Shown piece after piece: positions 57,228 to 64,000 of a stretch of 64,000 bases of DNA; the first letter of the stretch is position 1, and each line of letters starts with the position of its first letter. Under the pieces are notes generated by a model. That model was not told where the DNA came from. It worked only from the letters and a program-made list of their open reading frames with translations, and ran no database searches. Source of the stretch: a virus. The translations under genes were made by a program, and so were the position numbers. The DNA lies in the IMG/VR virus record IMGVR_UViG_3300032164_000006, positions 1 to 64,000 of that record. One strand, written 5' to 3'.

Positions 57228-57266
57228 GTGTGCGGATAACTACGTTCCTGTTTTGGAGGTTTTTCT

Positions 57267-57689
57267 ATGGCTACAAAAACAATTTCCAGCCAAGCAACGT
57301 GCAAGGCAATTTGCTTGAAACTGGTTGGTGACATTTCTATTAAAACGAAAATTGCTTCTGAAGATTTGTATGGTTTTTTAAAGATTTTAAAACTGAACTT
57401 AACTTCTCATAAGGCAAAAAGATTTCTAATAATTTTGTCGACAAGTGATCCAGAAACAGTTGTCGATGCCTATTACACCTACGTTGAAACTATGGCGAAA
57501 TATAACCACGACGATACGACTGCAAACGTGCGGAGATTTAGCTCTTATCTGCTTTCTTCTAAAAGCAAATCAATTGACCTAGGTGAGGAACTGAGAACAA
57601 CCTACGGAATGTACGACCACACTGAAAGTGAGGTGAGTGCTTCCGAGTTAGACTACTGCATTGGAGTAATGGAAGATGAGGACTGCTGA
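57267..57689 (+). CDS. hypothetical protein (possible replication initiator partner)
   Basis: RBS GGAGG; immediately precedes and overlaps the helicase loader. Confidence 0.6.
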   Translation: MATKTISSQATCKAICLKLVGDISIKTKIASEDLYGFLKILKLNLTSHKAKRFLIILSTSDPETVVDAYYTYVETMAKYNHDDTTANVRRFSSYLLSSKSKSIDLGEELRTTYGMYDHTESEVSASELDYCIGVMEDEDC

Positions 57690-58434
57690 AGAGATATATG
57701 AACTGCAAGATTGTCCACGCTGCAACAACACGAGGCGTGTGTCGTATGAAGATCCATGTCTAGGGATGCGTGAAAAACAGTGTCAGTGTGTTGACTACAA
57801 GAAACGAGTGGCAATACTGAAGAGAGCTAGAATACCAAAAACATATTTGTGCTACGAACTAGGCGACTACAAATCTGAGATTGGGGACGAGAGTTGTTGG
57901 GGACCAAACAAAGAAAATTTTCGACGGCTAGTTAAGGCAAGCGACAACCACAAGACAGTGTTGCACGAGGCAATTGACCTTCTGATCTATGGAGGGGTGT
58001 CGTGTGGGAAAACCATGCTTGCGACAATTCTTTTAAAGAACTTGATATTAAAGCATGGCTATACAGGTGTCTTTGTGACAGCCGACGAGCTGGTAACACT
58101 TGCCATGGATAAGACAAGATTTGGGGTTGAAAACGACTTCACGCTAGAAAGTTTATTAGATGTAGATTTTGTTGTTGTGGATAACTTTCATAGGGTTGTG
58201 GATTTAGACGAAGCTAGGGTGAGCGGAACAGTGAAGATTATTTTAAATGACTTCTTCCAGCAAAGAAAACACAATGGGAAATCTTTCATACTGACGTCGC
58301 ATAGTTCTCTGCGTTCTCTGCTACAGAAGCAAAGATTTGTCGATAACCTAGCCTACACAGTTGTCGGGTTCAAGTTTCAGGGAAATTGTGGTGCTGACGT
58401 TAGAAAAAGAAAAGAAGAATCTCTAGGTCTATAA
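57676..58434 (+). CDS. DnaC/IstB-like AAA+ helicase loader
   Basis: N-terminal CPRC..CQC Zn site, ARIPKTY, Walker A GGVSCGKT, Walker B FVVVDN. Confidence 0.8.
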   Translation: MRTAEEIYELQDCPRCNNTRRVSYEDPCLGMREKQCQCVDYKKRVAILKRARIPKTYLCYELGDYKSEIGDESCWGPNKENFRRLVKASDNHKTVLHEAIDLLIYGGVSCGKTMLATILLKNLILKHGYTGVFVTADELVTLAMDKTRFGVENDFTLESLLDVDFVVVDNFHRVVDLDEARVSGTVKIILNDFFQQRKHNGKSFILTSHSSLRSLLQKQRFVDNLAYTVVGFKFQGNCGADVRKRKEESLGL

Positions 58435-58443
58435 GGATGGTAT

Positions 58444-59892
58444 ATGGGATTTACAGTTAGGGAAAAGAGGCAAGAAAAACACGTTGAGAATAGTGTTGGA
58501 GACGACAAGGAAGTTAAGCGAATTATTCCTATCGACAGCAACAATGAGCAATTTATTTTAGGACACGCAATTAACGACGGCAAAGTGTTGGAGGTGCTTT
58601 TAAATGAGGTGGATGCCAGTACGTTTCTGTACACCAACCACCGAGCATTGTTCGAGTGTTGCCAGTATCTTTACAATAGCAAGGTGAAGGTGACACCAGA
58701 CTCGATAGACGTTGTAAAGAAAAGATTTAGAGGCGGAGAAACCCTACGACTCGACTATATAACAGAACTTGTGGCTGTTTTTGGCGACAATGTTGCTGAA
58801 GAAAACTACAGGTTCCATGTTTCCAAGTTGAAGGACGACAAGATAAAAGAAACCTTGTCGATGAACCTGTTACCCGAGCTGACTAGGTCGATGCTTAATA
58901 GCAGCACGACCACAGAAAATATTATAGAAAAAATAAATAAAATGATGTCGATGCTGGAGGATGGCAGAACCGACGGAGACTTCAAGTTTATTCCTATGGT
59001 GGACGTAGATGAGATCCACACGAAAGAGAACACAGCTAGGGAAACTGGCAGCTCGTTCGGAACGACAGGCTATGGCAAGCTAGATAGGTTTTTGACGGAT
59101 GGCCTAGGTGCAACAAAAATGACAATTGTAGCGGGACGTCCCGCTATGGGTAAATCTGCGTTGGTCGCAAATATGCTTTTGCGTCTTGGGTTGTTGGGTA
59201 TTCCTGTTGCGGTATTCAACTTTGAGATGGACTGCATAAGCATGTACGACAGGTTTGTTGCTATTAGAGCAAACTTGCCGATAACGAAACTGATACGCAA
59301 TAGAGACAAGATGACGCCAACCGAGCGGATGCAAGAGCAGAAAGCAAAGGATGAAATCAGCAAACTGCCAATCTACTTCTATACGGCGAGTACGCAAAGC
59401 ATGGAAGGAATAAAGCGGGACATTCGCATACTGAAGGAACGCTATGGTGTAAAGATTATAGCCTACGACTTGTTCGATAAAATACGCTTTAAATATAGTG
59501 GTAACAGGAGTACTGCTGACATTCTAAATGAAAGTTTGAAAATAATACAGGGGTTCGGCCGCGACTTCGATATCCACCAGATCCTAGTTGTGCAGATTGG
59601 TCGTAGTGCGGAAAAACGCAAAAATAAACGACCAAAGTTAAGTGAGTTGAAAGACGCTGGAGGATACGAGGAACGTGCCGACAACGTCTTTTTTCTATAC
59701 AGGCCGAGTTACTACGACAGTCCAGAAGAGGAGGGAGATGCAGAATGCGGTATTGAGAAGAGCGAGGATGTGGAGATTATAATTGCAAAGCAAAGGCAGG
59801 GAACGTCGAACGTAAAGGTGACGTTAGATTTCTGGCCAGCGACAACGACTATAGCTGAACCAATTCTTACGAGTTCTGATGGAGCAATGTGA
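58444..59892 (+). CDS. dnaB: replicative DNA helicase DnaB
   Basis: EQFILG N-domain, TGYGKLD, AGRPAMGKS, FNFEM, QIGR..RPKLSELKDAGGYEERAD, IIIAKQRQG. Confidence 0.92.
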   Translation: MGFTVREKRQEKHVENSVGDDKEVKRIIPIDSNNEQFILGHAINDGKVLEVLLNEVDASTFLYTNHRALFECCQYLYNSKVKVTPDSIDVVKKRFRGGETLRLDYITELVAVFGDNVAEENYRFHVSKLKDDKIKETLSMNLLPELTRSMLNSSTTTENIIEKINKMMSMLEDGRTDGDFKFIPMVDVDEIHTKENTARETGSSFGTTGYGKLDRFLTDGLGATKMTIVAGRPAMGKSALVANMLLRLGLLGIPVAVFNFEMDCISMYDRFVAIRANLPITKLIRNRDKMTPTERMQEQKAKDEISKLPIYFYTASTQSMEGIKRDIRILKERYGVKIIAYDLFDKIRFKYSGNRSTADILNESLKIIQGFGRDFDIHQILVVQIGRSAEKRKNKRPKLSELKDAGGYEERADNVFFLYRPSYYDSPEEEGDAECGIEKSEDVEIIIAKQRQGTSNVKVTLDFWPATTTIAEPILTSSDGAM

Positions 59893-60128
59893 TGGGATTT
59901 ATAATTAAAAAAGATGTGATTGACAAGAAAGAGATTGCAGAAAGTTTTATAACTGCATTTGAGTTAATAGGCTTTGCCGACGCAAAGCAAACAACTGTGA
60001 TAACTGACATGGAAAAGTTTTGGAGGCAGAGGAAAACGCTGTCTAGAGCACAGTGTGATTACCTGAATGGGATAGTGCAGAATTTAAGGAAAAAAGTATG
60101 GACTTTGAAACGGTCAGCGAGAATATAG
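59889..60128 (+). CDS. hypothetical protein
   Basis: Short ORF coupled between dnaB and primase. Confidence 0.45.
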   Translation: MMGFIIKKDVIDKKEIAESFITAFELIGFADAKQTTVITDMEKFWRQRKTLSRAQCDYLNGIVQNLRKKVWTLKRSARI

Positions 60129-61081
60129 ATATACAGAGGTTTCTGTTTACAGACCTTCGTGTAAGGTACATAGGTGTGTCGGGCGACAACTACATTATCG
60201 AGTGTCCAGATCCAACGCACGTCGACAGACACCCTAGCTGTTACTTCCACAAAAAAACACTCGTCTATCATTGTTTTGGGTGTGGTGCTAGAGGCAGTAT
60301 TATTGACCTCGTTTCATATAACAGGGATATAGATAGAGGTGAAGCAACAAAGCTGATACAGAAACACGCTGGCATGGCAATGAACTCCGTATCAAATTCA
60401 TTTAAAGGACGCTACAAACTTAAGGACATACCAGAAGTTAGATTGAGTAGCCAGTATAGAAGGGATTGGGAAAATGCGAGAAGTGAGATCCAGGAATTCG
60501 TTACACGGAGGCGTTTTAGTCTCCCTCTATTCGAGTCTTATTATATTGGTTATAACAATGCTATGGGTTCCATTACTATGCCTATCATTTACCATGCTGA
60601 TCTCATTAATGTCGGTGAAAGGTTTGTACTCGGTGATCAAATCACTAAGATTAAGTATAGGAAGGACGTCCCTCTTTCCATGAGCATCTGGGGAATTTTC
60701 GATGGCTACAATCCTGTAGATCCATACTTTACAGAAGGGATATTTGATGCAGTACGGATGCGTGAGGCTGGACTCAATGCCTACGCTTTGCTGAGTATTG
60801 TGTTACCCAATGCAAAGATACGTTTTATTCAAGACCACTTTGAGGGTGTGTTCACTATTGTTCCAGACCCAGATCAGGGTGGAAGAAAGATGATAGAAAA
60901 CTGGAAAAGGGTGATGCACACAAACGAAGTGAGAATTATGCAACCAACCAAAGGCGACATTGACGAGACACCAATAGATGAGATTAGGGAATTAGTGCAT
61001 CGCACGACACGGATGCAGGACCATATTTTCAAGGGATTTAGAATAAAAAATGAGATTTGTGGAGGTGTAGATGCAAGATAA
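60098..61081 (+). CDS. dnaG: DNA primase (CHC2 zinc finger + TOPRIM)
   Basis: CPDPTHVDRHPSC..YHCFGCGARG; TEGIFDA; PDPDQGG; GDID. Confidence 0.88.
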   Translation: MDFETVSENIDIQRFLFTDLRVRYIGVSGDNYIIECPDPTHVDRHPSCYFHKKTLVYHCFGCGARGSIIDLVSYNRDIDRGEATKLIQKHAGMAMNSVSNSFKGRYKLKDIPEVRLSSQYRRDWENARSEIQEFVTRRRFSLPLFESYYIGYNNAMGSITMPIIYHADLINVGERFVLGDQITKIKYRKDVPLSMSIWGIFDGYNPVDPYFTEGIFDAVRMREAGLNAYALLSIVLPNAKIRFIQDHFEGVFTIVPDPDQGGRKMIENWKRVMHTNEVRIMQPTKGDIDETPIDEIRELVHRTTRMQDHIFKGFRIKNEICGGVDAR

Positions 61082-61928
61082 AACAACGTACCTGATTGAC
61101 CTTTCCAACATGGCCTACAGGAACATGTATGGGGTTCGCTTAAAGACAAAAGAAGGGATGCCAAGTGGTCATGTTTTTGGCACCATAAGAAACCTATTGG
61201 CACTGAGAAAGAACACTCACGACTACGAGTTGGTGTTCGCCCTAGACAGCAAACCACGTCGGAAGCTGGAGCTAGACCCAACGTACAAGGCAAATAGGGC
61301 AAGAGCAGACGGGGAGTTCAACCCAACACCCGACATTCGTAAGATGGTGAGGTATCTAAAGTGTACTTGCATTTATAACGAGGATGAGGAAGCAGATGAC
61401 GTGATTGCCTCGTACATTGCCAGAAATCCAAACGAGTCTATCACAATTGTTTCATCGGATGCCGACCTATACCAACTGATAGACAGGGAGCGTGGTGTGC
61501 GACAGTACAATCCACTAGATAATGCTTTCATAACGTCGGACGACCTCCACAGAAAGTTCGGGCTATCGCAGTTTAGGAAAGTAGCACTATGGAAAGCACT
61601 GTTTGGCGACAGCGGCGACAACGTGAAACCACCAATACCAAGATTAAAGAAAGCGGATTTGATAGAGGCGATAGAGCTATGCGACTGCACTGTGGATATG
61701 TTCATGGATATATTGGAACGGTGTGATGGGAAGACAGTGGAAAAGATACAGAGTGATCCACAGTTTAGAGCCAAACTACAAAAGAATCTGGAATTGGTGG
61801 AACTGAAGCGGGACCTAGAATACGTGGTCGAGGAGCACAGCGGAAACGCAAACTTCTTGAATTGTTTTTTAAGAAAATTTGAGTGTGAGAGTCTGATTAA
61901 CGCAGATTTAGAAAGGATACTGGTTTGA
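61071..61928 (+). CDS. 5'-3' exonuclease / flap endonuclease (Pol I N-terminal, T4 RNase H-like)
   Basis: LIDLSNMAYR, YKANR, EADDVIAS, SSDADLYQL, ALFGDSGDNV. Confidence 0.9.
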   Translation: MQDKTTYLIDLSNMAYRNMYGVRLKTKEGMPSGHVFGTIRNLLALRKNTHDYELVFALDSKPRRKLELDPTYKANRARADGEFNPTPDIRKMVRYLKCTCIYNEDEEADDVIASYIARNPNESITIVSSDADLYQLIDRERGVRQYNPLDNAFITSDDLHRKFGLSQFRKVALWKALFGDSGDNVKPPIPRLKKADLIEAIELCDCTVDMFMDILERCDGKTVEKIQSDPQFRAKLQKNLELVELKRDLEYVVEEHSGNANFLNCFLRKFECESLINADLERILV

Positions 61929-62248
61929 GTAATTCATTTTATGACCAAGAAAATTTGTCGAAGTTTACGCTTAATTTAGACTTCTCGTCTATTGTTCGCC
62001 TTGAGGAGATTGCCCTATCTTTAAGACGCTTAGGATACACGAGAATGAGCCGTGGATTTCTTATCTCCGCTGCATCTAATCACATTGTGAATGTGTACGA
62101 GCGTGGTGGAATGGAAGCGGTGATGGAAATAATACAGGTACACCTTGATAAGTTTTCCGAGCTGAAGGGGTTGACGAAAAAGGAAGATAAGAAGGACGAG
62201 GAGAAGCCGCAAACAGTATTGAGGCGAAGGAAAGACGATGTTATATAG
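61925..62248 (+). CDS. hypothetical protein
   Basis: Coupled ORF (TTG start overlaps the previous stop). Confidence 0.5.
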   Translation: MSNSFYDQENLSKFTLNLDFSSIVRLEEIALSLRRLGYTRMSRGFLISAASNHIVNVYERGGMEAVMEIIQVHLDKFSELKGLTKKEDKKDEEKPQTVLRRRKDDVI

Positions 62249-62786
62249 TTGCCCTAGGTGCGACAAGGTTGTATCTCGTGTTGAGAAGAATGGGAATGTG
62301 TGTACTGGATGCGGGTTAGAGTTCTCTATCTCCGACCAGACAGACGTTACCAAGATACAAACTGACCTACTAATCAAGCGTTTTTCTGATGAAATAATGC
62401 GGGGCAAAAGAAATATAGATTACCTAGAAACGGCTATCAATATTATCAAGGCTTCTTTGGTAAATGTTGTTATGCTACGCAAAATTGAGAAGTGTATGTT
62501 TTATAGAGTGGAAGATATGGAGATAAGTTGTTATCTGTTTAGTCTCAAAAAGAGGAAATTATATGTGGAATTTCTTTTCGACACCAATCCAAGATACGAT
62601 GGGTGTGTTCCCATATCTGAGGAGAAAAGACTGAAATGCAAGCTAGGGACTGCGACTGCCTACTTGCGGACAACAAACTTTGAGAAAGTGGCAAACGTGG
62701 CGATGGCAGTTTATAAGATTAAAGCTGAGAGGTACATGGACAGGAAAAAGGTAGATAAAAACGCCAATCTATACATATTTAGGTAG
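62238..62786 (+). CDS. hypothetical protein with N-terminal Zn ribbon
   Basis: CPRC..CTGC. Confidence 0.6.
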   Translation: MLYSCPRCDKVVSRVEKNGNVCTGCGLEFSISDQTDVTKIQTDLLIKRFSDEIMRGKRNIDYLETAINIIKASLVNVVMLRKIEKCMFYRVEDMEISCYLFSLKKRKLYVEFLFDTNPRYDGCVPISEEKRLKCKLGTATAYLRTTNFEKVANVAMAVYKIKAERYMDRKKVDKNANLYIFR

Positions 62787-62791
62787 AACAA

Positions 62792-64000
62792 ATGAGTATT
62801 AAAAAAATTGTAGATGATGTGATTGCAAAGGATAAGACAAACAGAATTACAACGCACGAGTGGAAGGGTATGTTTTTCAACGTGGTGTTGTTAGAGCGAG
62901 AGGGTGGAACTGTAATTCCCCTCCGGTTTATCCGCAAAGGGTTCACGGAACCAACGCTATTTATTTTTAAAACACGGAAGCGTGGAACGGTATATGGCTG
63001 GTACGACATACTAGAGTTTGAGATTATAAGTAGAAAGACAATTTACGAAAGTGAAGAGCTTATTATAGACAAGTCTGCACTGATGGACATAGCCGACTTT
63101 AGTGAGCAACAGGCTAGGTCGATGATAGATGGAACATACAGGGAGATGCACGACAAGTATTTAGACATCTACTCTGTTGGCGAAATTGTAATTTCCATAT
63201 ACCGAGACAAGTTTACTGGTATGCGATGTAGAAGAACCATTAGGGGATTTAAGTGGTATTTCTATGTTAAGAAAATTGAATACAACAAAATGATTGAGGT
63301 TCTGTCGGAGTCCAACCTAGACAGGCTCATAACGGAGACGGAGGTATCTGGAGAGTTCTTGCGTGTCTACTGCAAGAATTTCAGCACAACACAGTGGTCG
63401 AAGGATAAGGACGGAGATCCTGCGTACATTATCAAGCAGAAGCTGCAAAACAGGGTGAAAACCTATGAGGCAGATATTTCGTTATCCGAACGCTACATGA
63501 TTGACAACCACATGAAGGTGGATACGGATGTAAAGATTCTGTACTACGACATTGAAACTGACGACAGTACGGTGCAAATAGATATGGAGAAAAATGCCAT
63601 ACTGTCGATAGGTGCTGTGGATAGCGACGGCAATGAGTTTTTCAAGGCATCTTCTGACGAGGAGGAACTCATAAAGTGGTGGATGTTACTGAGCAAGGGT
63701 TACGACATCTACATGGGATATAACTGCTACAACTTTGACGCTCCATACATAGAAACGCGAGCAAAGCTCTACAAGTGTTTCTGGTCGCCAACGTACAAGC
63801 CTTGGCGAGCTGGACATATAGACATGATGCGTAGAATCATCGGCTCCTATGGTAAATTCAGCGACATACGAAGCTTCTCACTGGAGAACGTATCGCAACA
63901 CTTCCTAGGCAGAGGCAAGGTGAAGCACGAGGAAAAGATTATCGAGTTGTTCAAGCACAACCGAGGCAAGCTGAAGCAATACAACTTGATGGACTGCAAA
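62792..64000 (+). CDS. polB: family B DNA polymerase, N-terminal and 3'-5' exonuclease part (runs off the window; absent from the ORF track)
   Basis: Manual translation from ATG 62792: YEADISLSERYMIDN, ExoI ILYYDIET, ExoII GYNCYNFDAPYI, HIDMM..SFSLENVSQHFLG.GK, ExoIII YNLMDC. Confidence 0.88.
   Translation, partial: MSIKKIVDDVIAKDKTNRITTHEWKGMFFNVVLLEREGGTVIPLRFIRKGFTEPTLFIFKTRKRGTVYGWYDILEFEIISRKTIYESEELIIDKSALMDIADFSEQQARSMIDGTYREMHDKYLDIYSVGEIVISIYRDKFTGMRCRRTIRGFKWYFYVKKIEYNKMIEVLSESNLDRLITETEVSGEFLRVYCKNFSTTQWSKDKDGDPAYIIKQKLQNRVKTYEADISLSERYMIDNHMKVDTDVKILYYDIETDDSTVQIDMEKNAILSIGAVDSDGNEFFKASSDEEELIKWWMLLSKGYDIYMGYNCYNFDAPYIETRAKLYKCFWSPTYKPWRAGHIDMMRRIIGSYGKFSDIRSFSLENVSQHFLGRGKVKHEEKIIELFKHNRGKLKQYNLMDCK

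Noticed and set aside
56886-57239. 117-aa ORF in the helicase-loader gap
   Set aside because: No recognisable motifs, atypical composition and overlap with strong hairpins; treated as probably non-coding but not excluded.
1-64000. Stop-codon reassignment, tRNA/rRNA genes, integrase/att sites, introns or inteins
   Set aside because: Standard-code ORFs tile the window and use all three stops; terminase, DnaB and primase have normal lengths; I saw no tRNA cloverleaf or recombinase motif.

Overview
This window is 64 kb of a large contractile-tailed (myovirus-like) bacteriophage genome in the standard genetic code, with almost all genes on the + strand. From left to right it holds: the 3' end of an NAD-dependent DNA ligase and a DUF932-like gene; a ~440-bp structured repeat array; a minus-strand thermonuclease; a complete virion morphogenesis module (terminase, portal, head morphogenesis protein, XkdF-like protease and scaffold, major capsid, a cluster of paralogous putative decoration proteins, neck, 1079-aa sheath, tube, frameshifted tail chaperone, tape measure, baseplate, two fibre proteins including a 2882-aa protein with four ~423-aa beta-helix modules); a second, inverted copy of the repeat array; accessory and lysis-like genes including an HEXXH metalloprotease lipoprotein resembling Bdellovibrionota proteins; and a replication module (SF2 helicase, DnaC-like loader, DnaB, DnaG, 5'-3' exonuclease, start of a family B polymerase). 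The most striking unexplained feature is the pair of non-coding arrays at 1412-1850 and 52002-52427. Both are built from a palindromic ~34-bp core plus two alternative linkers in the same order A-B-A-B-A-A. They are inverted relative to each other, each overlaps the stop codon of the gene transcribed into it, and together they bracket the ~50-kb structural module. I saw no tRNA, rRNA, canonical CRISPR, integrase or reverse transcriptase. All family calls come from motif recognition by eye, not database searches.
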